A stretch of DNA of 64,000 nucleotides from Candidatus Berkelbacteria bacterium (GTDB taxonomy: Bacteria > Patescibacteriota > UBA1384 > XYA2-FULL-43-10 > 1-14-0-10-43-13), in assembly GCA_037143235.1 (NCBI GenBank), contig JBAWZC010000002.1:47186-111185 (forward strand). The letters are read 5' to 3'. The notes under the pieces were generated by a model. It saw only the letters and a list, made by a program, of their open reading frames with translations, ran no database searches and was not told the origin of the DNA. Made by a program: the position numbers and the translations under genes. Below are positions 9,244 to 17,880 of the stretch, one piece after another. Numbering within the stretch: the stretch's first letter is position 1; each line of letters begins with the position of its first letter.

Positions 9244-9507
9244 TTATAGTCCAGTAAAAGGATTGGTCCGTCCTACGCCTTCTGTAGGCGCAGCCAATGG
9301 CATACCCACCAAATTCTGCCTGCCAGTCATAATTTTATCAACTTGCGTCTTGTAGCTGTTTATATCAATAGTTGCGTAATCATCAGATGCAGGAGTCACT
9401 TCGGAAACCGCAATAGCATTTGACCATGACCAGAAAAACCCAATCGCCACGACGGCAACAAAAACCAAAGTAATGATTAGGGGTGTCTGCTTTTTTATAT
9501 CGTTCAT
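9244..9507 (-). CDS. small membrane protein in the pilus locus (possible PilP-like)
   Basis: 87 aa with one N-terminal TM helix. Lies between the PilO-like gene and pilB. Confidence 0.4.
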   Translation of the reverse strand: MNDIKKQTPLIITLVFVAVVAIGFFWSWSNAIAVSEVTPASDDYATIDINSYKTQVDKIMTGRQNLVGMPLAAPTEGVGRTNPFTGL

Positions 9508-9527
9508 ATCTCCTCCCGTTTTAGAAT

Positions 9528-10052
9528 TTATCTTGTGTAAGTTTTCAGCCCAATCGTTGCTGACATACCGGTGTCAGTTGATGACATCGTGATATTATCG
9601 ATAGTCATAAACTTAACATCTTTTTCGATAGACTTGACCAATGCGTTGATCGCCTCGAACGAACCATTGACGGTGAAGCCAAGAGTTACGGCGTCACTTG
9701 AAGCTGTAGCATCAGCACTAGCAGTTTCGCCAGATATTTGGATGGACGGTATGACAAGCTTTTGAGCAGAAGCCAAAGCCTCAATCTCAGCAATAGTATT
9801 TTCGGTATCAGATCCCTGGGCAACCGCGACCAAAGTGTTCGTAACCAGATCTTTGTTGTTGGCAATCGCAGCCTTGGTCTGAACCAAAGAATTGTATTTA
9901 TCTTGAGCCATTTTCACTTCATCGCTAATCCGATCAATATCTGCAGCCTTTGACTTATAGCCGCCAAAGCCAGAAACATAACAGTAAGCCCATGAAGCCA
10001 CGATGATCAAGACAGCAAAGACGATCGAAAAATAAGAATTATCGCGTTTCAT
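9528..10052 (-). CDS. PilO-like pilus assembly protein
   Basis: 174 aa with N-terminal TM, a coiled-coil and a periplasmic domain. Its stop overlaps the next gene's start. Confidence 0.45.
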   Translation of the reverse strand: MKRDNSYFSIVFAVLIIVASWAYCYVSGFGGYKSKAADIDRISDEVKMAQDKYNSLVQTKAAIANNKDLVTNTLVAVAQGSDTENTIAEIEALASAQKLVIPSIQISGETASADATASSDAVTLGFTVNGSFEAINALVKSIEKDVKFMTIDNITMSSTDTGMSATIGLKTYTR

Positions 10053-10711
10053 ATTGCCTCCCCTGTCGCAAAGCTAGCTTTGCCGCTAATAGTAAATTTA
10101 AAGGAACTATTCTTGCCTTCAAGATCGTTACTGACCGAACCGATAGTAACTCCAGACAACTTATTCCAAGTCATCAAGGTCAGTGATTCATCAGCAATCG
10201 AACGATAATTCTTGGTCACACCGTCAAAGCTAAAGGTACCATCAGATGCCAAGGCCAGATTTTTTACCTGTATGCTAGAATTGACCTTGAGATAAAAACC
10301 ATCAAGAAATGTCCCGACTGAGACCGTTTTGTTGTTGGCATCGATCAGTTTGGTCGCAGCCAATTTAAAATCTTTGGCTTGCTTTTCAACTGCAGCATAG
10401 TCTGAACTGTTGATACTTTGAACGACATCGTTTCTCTCGTTTGTTTTGGCAGCGATATCTTGATCAAGGGACCTATTCATAAAATAAAGACCGCCAACGA
10501 CAACAAGAGAAAAAGCAGTAGTTATCCACAGGATGATGACCGGCCAATTGGTCGATTCCTTACTAACCTCGAACTGCAAATCTTCCAAGACACTATCTTT
10601 GCTCGATGTTGTCTTTTTTTCAGGAATAGGCATCGGCGAAGTTGTGTTTGGTTTGCTATTATCGCTACCAAAACTGCTACCGAAGCCACCATTGTTTTTT
10701 TCTGGTTCCAT
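10049..10711 (-). CDS. PilN-like pilus assembly protein
   Basis: 220 aa with a low-complexity cytoplasmic N-terminus, a single TM (WPVIILWITTAFSLVVVGGLYF) and a periplasmic domain. Confidence 0.45.
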   Translation of the reverse strand: MEPEKNNGGFGSSFGSDNSKPNTTSPMPIPEKKTTSSKDSVLEDLQFEVSKESTNWPVIILWITTAFSLVVVGGLYFMNRSLDQDIAAKTNERNDVVQSINSSDYAAVEKQAKDFKLAATKLIDANNKTVSVGTFLDGFYLKVNSSIQVKNLALASDGTFSFDGVTKNYRSIADESLTLMTWNKLSGVTIGSVSNDLEGKNSSFKFTISGKASFATGEAI

Positions 10712-10992
10712 ATTACCCTCCAGAGTAATCCATAAATATGCTTAATATTATTGTATAATACATTAAAGCTAATGACAAGCGAACGCTATTTATTCATTTA
10801 ATCATTTGATCAATTAGTCATTTATTTCACTATTTGAACACCAAATTTATTGTTTCTGTGATTTGGTCCGTTTTTCTCCCGACTAACTCCTGCCTGCCCC
10901 GAGTAACCCTGCCGTGCCATCCGTAATTTTAATGAAGGATAGGCGAAGTGGGATCTCCTGTCTTCTGTCTCCTGACTCTTAGCTGCTATCTC

Positions 10993-12168
10993 CTAGTTAG
11001 TATTTCCCACTTCCCCGCTACTAAGTCCTGAAATATTTCTAAATCCTGGCGGCTGCAAGCTATCAAGCTTCGTGTCGTACAAGATTTGGATGTTGTTTTT
11101 GACAGGAAAATCGAAAGAATTCGCTATATAGAATCCAGTCAATTTATTATTATTATAGATTTTAATCGTCCCACCAGCGCCATAGGCACTACTCTTGATC
11201 GCCATGATTGGCGCTTTTATCTCACAACCAGCCTCTATAGTCACATCACCGTAGACAATAAAACCGAGCGCAGCTGTTGACGAAGTCGGTAAAATTTTTG
11301 AGCCAGTCCTGAACCTCATATTACCATTCACAATGATTATACCCTGACCAGAATAATTTTTTTCAATATTTTTAAGATTAGGAGCAATTGACGACGAATT
11401 TATCACAACATCGCCATCCACTGTCCAAACCTTTCCCTCTGGATATTTGAAAGTCTCATCAGCAGAGCTAGGGAGTGAAATTGTTTTTTTCTGCAATTCC
11501 CACGGACCAGTAGAGATCGCTGCAAGATTCGTAAGATCTATATCAGCCCCTTCTCCTTTTAGAGTATTAATCTTAGCCACATTTGCATCGTCATCCTTCC
11601 CGTTCCAATACGCCATTGATTTTGAGTCAATGTTATAACTGCCCATGCCCCAAGTTTCGCCATTGCTGCCGTTAGGAGTAATACTGTTTCTCGACTGCGC
11701 CAAAGCTTTGCCCCAATAAGTGAAATTACTATAATCAGTCGAGTAAGTATCCCCGATCACATTGATACCGCCGAGAAAAAGTGCCGGCAACTCATACATC
11801 ACAGTCCCACCGACCGTGGTGCGACTGGTCATCAGTCGTGTTGAACTACTAATGTTCCCGCCTGTCCCATTAGATCCCGTGCCAATGATAAAACAAACAG
11901 GTGAGGCATTGATCAAAATTCCACAATCGTCATCGGTCAATCTTGTAGTATCAAATCCATAACTTGAGTTCGGTTCACCATTGAAAATGGCATAGTTCCC
12001 CGTCATCCCGCCATAATATGTATTTCCCCCACTCACCACCGTTGTCTGCCCGACCATCATATCGGGCAAGACCGACTCAGCGAAAACTTGAAAAGGAAAA
12101 ACAAAAACAAACGCGACAAGGCCAATCGCCGTGAAAGAAACTAAGATTTTAGAATACATTTTTCGCAT
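10993..12168 (-). CDS. secreted protein of unknown function (candidate pilus-associated/adhesin)
   Basis: 391 aa with a signal peptide (ILVSFTAIGLVAFVFVFPFQVFA), Gly/Ser/Thr/Asn-rich composition and no recognisable catalytic motifs. Confidence 0.5.
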   Translation of the reverse strand: MRKMYSKILVSFTAIGLVAFVFVFPFQVFAESVLPDMMVGQTTVVSGGNTYYGGMTGNYAIFNGEPNSSYGFDTTRLTDDDCGILINASPVCFIIGTGSNGTGGNISSSTRLMTSRTTVGGTVMYELPALFLGGINVIGDTYSTDYSNFTYWGKALAQSRNSITPNGSNGETWGMGSYNIDSKSMAYWNGKDDDANVAKINTLKGEGADIDLTNLAAISTGPWELQKKTISLPSSADETFKYPEGKVWTVDGDVVINSSSIAPNLKNIEKNYSGQGIIIVNGNMRFRTGSKILPTSSTAALGFIVYGDVTIEAGCEIKAPIMAIKSSAYGAGGTIKIYNNNKLTGFYIANSFDFPVKNNIQILYDTKLDSLQPPGFRNISGLSSGEVGNTN

Positions 12169-12180
12169 AAAATTGTTTAA

Positions 12181-12270
12181 TACTTACAAGCTGAAGCTTG
12201 ATCTACTTAATTCCCGTAGCCCACGCTTTAGAGTGTTGCTCCACAAGCTGAAGCTTGATCTACGGGGCGA
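12181..12270. repeat. REP-like palindromes (family A)
   Basis: caagctgaagcttgatctac, cacgctttagagtg and a second caagctgaagcttgatctacgg. Same family as the RAYT-flanking REPs. Confidence 0.55.
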
Positions 12271-12315
12271 TTTTGTCATTGCGAGCCATCGGGTTTTCCG
12301 AGGCGCGGCAATCTA

Positions 12316-14064
12316 TCATTCCACCCTACACTGATACGACACGGTCGCCTTGTGAGTAGTGGCGTTCTGGGGAATATCGGAAAAAGTGACCTGACTACTT
12401 AATGCGGGGAAAGTTGCAGCCGCGCCAAATTCAGAACCGTTTACACCCCTACAAATATGCGCATTCGCTCCCTTTGTTACCAAATATTCGTCCGTCAAGG
12501 TATCTAGCGTCCCCGTCATATTTGAGATCTCAATCTTCACTATTATTACATCACCCATCTGTAAAGAATAAGGATTAAACGGAGTTGTCGCTGCAGGAAC
12601 ACCGTTTCGACTCACTGGCTCAAGTGTTTTCTTGATCGAAAGCCCCGCTGGCTTGCCATTGATGACGATAATACCGCCACCACCAGGAGCATCATATTCT
12701 CTTGTGAAAGCCGAACTACCCCCATTAGCTGTAATATTTGCCGCAGCAGTAGGGACTGTATTTTTCCCTAAAACATCGTTATCTGTGCCAGCAATAGTCT
12801 TAGGATTGCCAACTTGACTTGACAACTCTTGACGAATAACATTGCTAATTGTGACAGAGCCAGCCCCCGCATTCGCAGGAGAATCATCAACTACGCCGGC
12901 GCCAGCCAACACAGCGCCACTGGTTAGAGTTCCAGTAAGATTAATGCTAATTGTTCCTCCTGCTCCACCGCCACCAGATGATTGTGAGTCTCCACAACTC
13001 CCACCATTTCCAGCAGCTCCGTCTGCAGAAATAAACGAATTAGCCGAAACACTTAATCTATTGGCACTAAGAAATATCTTCCCGCCGCCAGCACCACCAT
13101 AAGCGGAGCCAATACAATCCCAACCAGGAGCATAGCTTGCGCTACCACCACCAGATCCAAAATCAACCGGAGGAGAAACCAAATCATATGTGCCCCCGCC
13201 GACAGCTTTCATATAATCGCTGACCTTGTAAGGATAATCATCTTTATATGTAGTAGATCCACCTTTTCCACCATGGCCACCACCAGAAGCGAACATAGCA
13301 TTTGGATTAAAATTATATCCCGGAACAACCACCGGAGGTTGACCTCCTCCCAAACCATAGCCATCAGGATGTGGTTGAGCTCCTTCTTGGGGTACTTGCT
13401 TGTCACCTCCTGGATACCCCTTGCCGTCAACATCAATCCTACTACTTCCGTATATAGCAATAGTACCACTTACCACAAAATCAACTTTTTTCCAGCGACC
13501 TGTGCCAGTCGTTTGACTGATTGATTTCGCATATACGTTGCCGCTGCCACCAGTAGCCTCCATGTCGGACCGATTTATCGCACTATGTGTTAAAATTGCG
13601 CCATTTTTCAATTCCAAACTATCGAAATGTCTTTGAGTATCACAGGAAGAATCTTGAGTATCGGTATAATCATCGACTTCATCTGGATGATTGTAACATT
13701 CAGTAATTGCACCAGTGACATTATGTTTGACCTTTACTGCATCAGCATAAACTATCGCTTTACCCTCAGGAGCATCCACGCCGTCGATAACAATATTTTT
13801 CCTCTCACAATCAGCAGGAATACCACCCATGTCGTCGTGGCCAGTGACATATTTAATAGTGCATGTTTTCCCATCTCCACTGTAAACGACTTGCGCCAAT
13901 GTCTTCTTCGTCCCCTGACTAACCAAGACTAGAGAGAAAGAAACAAGCAAGATCGCAAGAGCGCCAAAAGAATAAAGACGAATCTTGTGCTGACGAGCAA
14001 AGAACTGTTTGATCGATACTTTAGCCATAGAACCCTCCGAATATATATCAAGTTTATTATACAA
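12316..14064 (-). CDS. glycine-rich membrane-anchored surface protein
   Basis: 582 aa. N-terminal TM anchor and a long Gly-rich repetitive core (GGGHGGKGG, GSGGGSASY, SGGGGAGGT), likely beta-helix-like. Confidence 0.55.
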   Translation of the reverse strand: MYNKLDIYSEGSMAKVSIKQFFARQHKIRLYSFGALAILLVSFSLVLVSQGTKKTLAQVVYSGDGKTCTIKYVTGHDDMGGIPADCERKNIVIDGVDAPEGKAIVYADAVKVKHNVTGAITECYNHPDEVDDYTDTQDSSCDTQRHFDSLELKNGAILTHSAINRSDMEATGGSGNVYAKSISQTTGTGRWKKVDFVVSGTIAIYGSSRIDVDGKGYPGGDKQVPQEGAQPHPDGYGLGGGQPPVVVPGYNFNPNAMFASGGGHGGKGGSTTYKDDYPYKVSDYMKAVGGGTYDLVSPPVDFGSGGGSASYAPGWDCIGSAYGGAGGGKIFLSANRLSVSANSFISADGAAGNGGSCGDSQSSGGGGAGGTISINLTGTLTSGAVLAGAGVVDDSPANAGAGSVTISNVIRQELSSQVGNPKTIAGTDNDVLGKNTVPTAAANITANGGSSAFTREYDAPGGGGIIVINGKPAGLSIKKTLEPVSRNGVPAATTPFNPYSLQMGDVIIVKIEISNMTGTLDTLTDEYLVTKGANAHICRGVNGSEFGAAATFPALSSQVTFSDIPQNATTHKATVSYQCRVE

Positions 14065-14160
14065 AAAATCCCCGAAAATCCTTCACTTATTATTATAGTT
14101 GTATTAGCAAAACCATGTCAACTATTTGGCGGCAAGCCAGTAAACTAGACAGCTGGCAAG

Positions 14161-14215
14161 TGTTTGAGTGTTTAAGTGTTTAAGTGTTTAAGCTGGTAAG
14201 CGTTTAAGATTGCGA
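14161..14215. repeat. short tandem repeat (gtgtttaa units)
   Basis: gtgtttgagtgtttaagtgtttaagtgtttaagctggtaagcgtttaag. Confidence 0.5.
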
Positions 14216-14225
14216 AAGAAAACAA

Positions 14226-14298
14226 CTGTCATTCCCGCGCAGGCGGGAATCTACCAAAAGGTTTACTGTTTGTGGATTCCCGCCTGCGCGGGAATGAC
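14226..14298. repeat. 73-nt palindromic element (tgtcattcccgcgcaggcgggaatc ... gattcccgcctgcgcgggaatgaca)
   Basis: Perfect 25-nt inverted arms around a 23-nt spacer. A related copy lies at 22296-22395. Confidence 0.6.
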
Positions 14299-14411
14299 AA
14301 ATGAATCGGGAGAGACATTTTTTTTATTCTTCGAGCGAGTTTGACGAGTCGAGAAGTATCAGACTGTTCTCCTCAAGCTCGAACCATAGCTATTGAGATG
14401 ACCGATATTAT

Positions 14412-15743
14412 CTATTGCCTGATCTCGTACCTTGGTTTGCCAAAAGGAATGCGATCAGGTGCGGACTGACGAGAGGTGAACATCGAAGCACTACAAACCG
14501 TATCCGCACCATAAATATCGTTGATCTTGTCCTGTGCCTTAGAAATGCCAGCTATTTTCCCCAAATCATCAAATATACTCAACTGTGAGGCTTTGCTGCT
14601 CGATAAATTAAAGAAGGAGATCGCCAGATGGATCGGCCGACTTTCAAATTTACAGTCAAGGAGAAGGTATTTCAGTTTTTCCCAAGCCGTAGCATCGTCA
14701 CAAAAAGGGACAAATTTTTTGCTGATATGAAAATTACTATGATCGAGAAATGAGATCGAGGCCATCAAGCCTCCTGCCAAAAAATTCCCCGCTCGCAGCC
14801 GATAGCTTGCTTTGAAAATTAACTTTCGCAGGATAGCCATCGCCCCTTCGCGAGTACGAAACTCTGGCGCTAGCACATGCGAGTGCCCAATCGTCTTAGT
14901 GGTCGTCAAATCCATTCGCGGAGAGCTGGTCGAATCTACCTGTGGTGAGCTTGTCGAATCCATCCATGGTGAGCCTGTCGAATCCACCTCATACCCCCGC
15001 AAACGAAAATACCAAGCCCTGCCACAATGTTTTAACCTCTGAGTCATTTCCCCCGCCGACAGATGAAATAATTGAAGCGGGGAAATTACGCCCAGACGAT
15101 TTAGCTGCGCTTCCATCCGCACATTGATACCAGTCAGATCAGTTAATTTGAGCTTGGAATAAAAATCTTCAAGTTCGTTTAATCGCACGATTGTAAAACC
15201 ATCTGGTTTTTGCCGCTCGGCTGCCATCTTGGCCAAGAATTTTGACGGACCCACGCCGACCGAGCAGCGCAAGCTATCCCCCACCTCGTCACGAATTTTT
15301 TTCTTTAATTTCGCAGCTATCTGTCTCGCCACCACTTCGTTTTGCTCGCATCGATCCAACTTCAGGGCAAATTCATCGACACTACACACCTCGAAATATG
15401 GCGTGACCGACTCGATCACCTTTTTTATCTTCTGGTGATAAGAAATATAGAGCGCTGGTCTCGCTTCGACAATTTCGATCTGTGGACAAAGCCTTTTAGC
15501 CTGTTCGTTTCGACAAATCCGCACACCCATCGCCTTGGCCTCATAGGAGGCAGCGATGATGCAACCAGATGGACCAGTGTACGGAGACACACCGATCGGC
15601 TGCCCCCTCAACTCTGGCCGAACCTGCTGTTCGACCGACGCAAAAAAAGAGTTCATATCAAGAAAAAGAGTTGAAAAATCTTTTGGTGGTTGCATAACAC
15701 CATCATACATCAAAAATCGAACAAATACCGAACATTTATCCAC
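14412..15743 (-). CDS. dinB: Y-family DNA polymerase IV (DinB/UmuC family)
   Basis: 443 aa. The N-terminal motif FLDMNSFFASVE corresponds to DinB's DMDAFFASVE, with palm/finger motifs. An in-frame 3x ~9-aa repeat insert (VDSTGSPWM-DSTSSPQV-DSTSSPRM) lies mid-protein. Confidence 0.75.
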   Translation of the reverse strand: MDKCSVFVRFLMYDGVMQPPKDFSTLFLDMNSFFASVEQQVRPELRGQPIGVSPYTGPSGCIIAASYEAKAMGVRICRNEQAKRLCPQIEIVEARPALYISYHQKIKKVIESVTPYFEVCSVDEFALKLDRCEQNEVVARQIAAKLKKKIRDEVGDSLRCSVGVGPSKFLAKMAAERQKPDGFTIVRLNELEDFYSKLKLTDLTGINVRMEAQLNRLGVISPLQLFHLSAGEMTQRLKHCGRAWYFRLRGYEVDSTGSPWMDSTSSPQVDSTSSPRMDLTTTKTIGHSHVLAPEFRTREGAMAILRKLIFKASYRLRAGNFLAGGLMASISFLDHSNFHISKKFVPFCDDATAWEKLKYLLLDCKFESRPIHLAISFFNLSSSKASQLSIFDDLGKIAGISKAQDKINDIYGADTVCSASMFTSRQSAPDRIPFGKPRYEIRQ

Positions 15744-15768
15744 AACTCACCACCTGCCCACCGCTATC

Positions 15769-15795
15769 AAAACACCTCAGACACCTGAGGTGTTT
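15769..15795. terminator. conserved hairpin terminator (family aaacacctca-N-tgaggtgttt)
   Basis: aaacacctcagacacctgaggtgttt with a 10-bp stem, between two minus-strand genes. Confidence 0.6.
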
Positions 15796-15822
15796 ATTAG
15801 ACAAAGTACATATCGATTAGTC

Positions 15823-16170
15823 TTATTCTTTTTTATAGCCTGGAGATGATTCGATATTCTGGCCACGATATAAATCACGAAGCATACTAGAAGCCACAGT
15901 CAGCACACCGGTATATCGCGACACAGGTCTTGACAATGATTCCTCATCGAGCTCATCGGCTTTCGAGAGCAATGCTACCCGGTATTCCGCGTTTGTTTGT
16001 CCAGGATTTATATCCTTCAATTCCCTTGCTAACCTCATCGCCACTACGCGACCTTCTTGCGCAACTTGTTTTCGATCTTCATCTTCATTCAAATATCGCG
16101 AGTCAATCATATTTTTGCTTACCCCGTCACCCAAAAATTTGCCACCAATCGGGCTACCTTCCCTGAACAT
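15823..16170 (-). CDS. hypothetical protein
   Basis: 115-aa ORF upstream of dinB with no recognisable motif. Confidence 0.35.
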   Translation of the reverse strand: MFREGSPIGGKFLGDGVSKNMIDSRYLNEDEDRKQVAQEGRVVAMRLARELKDINPGQTNAEYRVALLSKADELDEESLSRPVSRYTGVLTVASSMLRDLYRGQNIESSPGYKKE

Positions 16171-16472
16171 ATTACCCCCTTTAAATATTATCTTTTTAAA
16201 TTATATTAACGCATTGATCAGAACAAGAGCTATGATCGATCCCAGAATGCATATCTATTTACTTTAATTTTAACCTATTTTGGGTGTTTTGGGCAAAATC
16301 TTCGTTGTCATAAATATTAACCTCTCCCGTAGTGATTTCCTTATCCTCGCTGAAGACAAGGTCGCTCTCGCAAATTTGCAAACAACTTAATAAATTCGAA
16401 CCTGTTAAATTGAAGGACTACCCACAACTTCAAGCGGTTGATATGCAAACAAAAGCAAAGTATCATTGAATT

Positions 16473-16727
16473 ATGAATCATATTTTAACAATAATTTTTG
16501 GTTTTTGGTTTACGGGCTGTTTCATTTTAATTATTCCCTGGGCAGCATTCTCGTTTTATACAGGACATTGGAGTGGATGGCGGGGCGAAGGATATAAAAA
16601 TACAAACGCGCCAGACTGGACTCTAACAGTACATCAGTTGTTAGAGTTTTGGTTTTATCTCCCGATGACAATTATTACATCCCCATTTGTTTTTATCGGC
16701 TGGTTGCTTAATAAAATATATAAATAA
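16473..16727 (+). CDS. small membrane protein
   Basis: 84 aa with two predicted TM helices. Its stop abuts the next start (TAAATG). Confidence 0.4.
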   Translation: MNHILTIIFGFWFTGCFILIIPWAAFSFYTGHWSGWRGEGYKNTNAPDWTLTVHQLLEFWFYLPMTIITSPFVFIGWLLNKIYK

Positions 16728-16901
16728 ATGAAATACGAATTTTTAACAGTGGAAGAAACAGCGAAAATTCTCAAGGTTACTAAGATGACCATTTATCGCT
16801 ATATCAAGGCTGGCAAGCTGACGGCTTATAAAGTTGGTAAAGATTTTAGGATAAACAAAGAAGAATTTGATAAGTTTTTAAATGAAATACGAAAGGGATA
16901 A
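16728..16901 (+). CDS. excisionase-family helix-turn-helix DNA-binding protein (Xis-like)
   Basis: 57 aa: MKYEFLTVEETAKILKVTKMTIYRYIKAGKLTAYKVGKDFRINKEEFDKFL, the classic excisionase/MerR-type HTH signature. Below the 60-aa cutoff of the ORF track. Confidence 0.6.
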   Translation: MKYEFLTVEETAKILKVTKMTIYRYIKAGKLTAYKVGKDFRINKEEFDKFLNEIRKG

Positions 16902-16904
16902 TTT

Positions 16905-17339
16905 ATGGATACATTATTTTTGATTATTACAGCACTTGGGGCTTTGGTTATTGGTATTCCATTGCTAATCTTTGTTTTAATCCCTTTGTGGTATATATGC
17001 ATTCCAATTATATTTACTATTCTACTTGGCTGGATTGGTTTATTTTTCGGAATTGGATTGGTGACTGTAATCTTCTGTGTTAAATGGATATTAACCGATA
17101 ATAACGACAAAGAAAAAGCACCGACAAAAAAGGAAGATAAACCAGATTCCAAAAAAGCATTTTTAGCTTTTATTACGGTATTCAGTATTTGGGGATTATC
17201 AAATTGGCTCTTCACTGATATTTTAGTACGACTTCACGGAACAAATAACGATTCAGACGGTTTGCTAATAATTATTTTTATGGCAGTGTCTGGCTTTGCC
17301 AGCTATAAGGTTGGGCAAAAAATGATAGAGGCCAAATAG
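16905..17339 (+). CDS. membrane protein (4 TM), unknown function
   Basis: 144 aa, hydrophobic, with a Lys-rich loop. Confidence 0.45.
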   Translation: MDTLFLIITALGALVIGIPLLIFVLIPLWYICIPIIFTILLGWIGLFFGIGLVTVIFCVKWILTDNNDKEKAPTKKEDKPDSKKAFLAFITVFSIWGLSNWLFTDILVRLHGTNNDSDGLLIIIFMAVSGFASYKVGQKMIEAK

Positions 17340-17343
17340 CAGA

Positions 17344-17655
17344 ATGAAATCAATTATTCTTGCCAGAGTATCAACAGAAGACCAAAAAGAGGCTGGCAAT
17401 TCATTGCCCACTCAAATTAAGCGTCTGAAAGATTATTGCAAAAGAAAAGATTTGGAGGTTATCAAAAAATTCAGCTTTGACGAATCAGCCTATAAAACCA
17501 AAAGAGATAAGTTCGATCGTATTCTTGAGTATCCGAAAGGCAACAAAGTAAAGATTGCTGTTTGCTTTGATAAGGTTGATTACTTTTCTAGAGCACCTGG
17601 GGACGCTCCCCAATTAGATACGGTTTTTGCAATAAGAAAATTTCTCAGAGAATAA
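17344..17655 (+). pseudogene. serine recombinase (resolvase/invertase) N-terminal fragment, truncated
   Basis: 103 aa, MKSIILARVSTEDQ..., the catalytic Ser motif (Y/L-ARVST-x2-Q) of serine recombinases. The ORF ends after about half the catalytic domain and lacks a DNA-binding domain. Confidence 0.6.
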
Positions 17656-17674
17656 CTCGATCAGTTGACCATCA

Positions 17675-17708
17675 AAACAAACACCTCACATGTATGAGGT
17701 GTTTGTTT
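17675..17708. terminator. conserved hairpin terminator (same family as 15769, 40017, 42433)
   Basis: aaacaaacacctcacatgtatgaggtgtttgtttt with a 14-bp perfect stem. Confidence 0.6.
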
Positions 17709-17736
17709 TGGCAGAGGCAAGAGGAATCGAACCCCT
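17709..17736 (-). other. tRNA 3' fragment (T-arm + acceptor 3' strand + CCA), possibly an att-site duplication or the 3' exon of a split tRNA
   Basis: Minus strand AGGGG-TTCGATT-CCTCT-TGCCTCT-G-CCA. No contiguous D or anticodon arm upstream. Confidence 0.4.
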
Positions 17737-17777
17737 AATAAAGGTTTTGCCTGTCCTCCGTAGCATTAAATCAATTT

Positions 17778-17851
17778 TGGCAGGCCTTAGAGGAGTCGGA
17801 CCTCTGACTAAGGTTTTGGAGACCTTCGTTATACCGCTTAACTAAAGGCCT
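17778..17851 (-). tRNA. tRNA-Trp(CCA)-like, 74 nt, unusual T-loop
   Basis: Hand fold: AGGCCTT/TA/GTTA-AGCGGTA-TAAC/G/AAGGT-CTCCAAA-ACCTT/AGTC/AGAGG-TCCGACT-CCTCT/AAGGCCT/G/CCA. Anticodon CCA. The T-loop has C at position 55. Confidence 0.5.
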
Positions 17852-17880
17852 ATCAAAATTGATTTGAGAAGGAGGAGAGA

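Noticed and set aside
15823-16170. Possible LexA/UmuD-like partner upstream of dinB
   Set aside because: The 115-aa product lacks the S24 peptidase Ser/Lys dyad motifs and the LexA HTH. It is kept only as a hypothetical protein.
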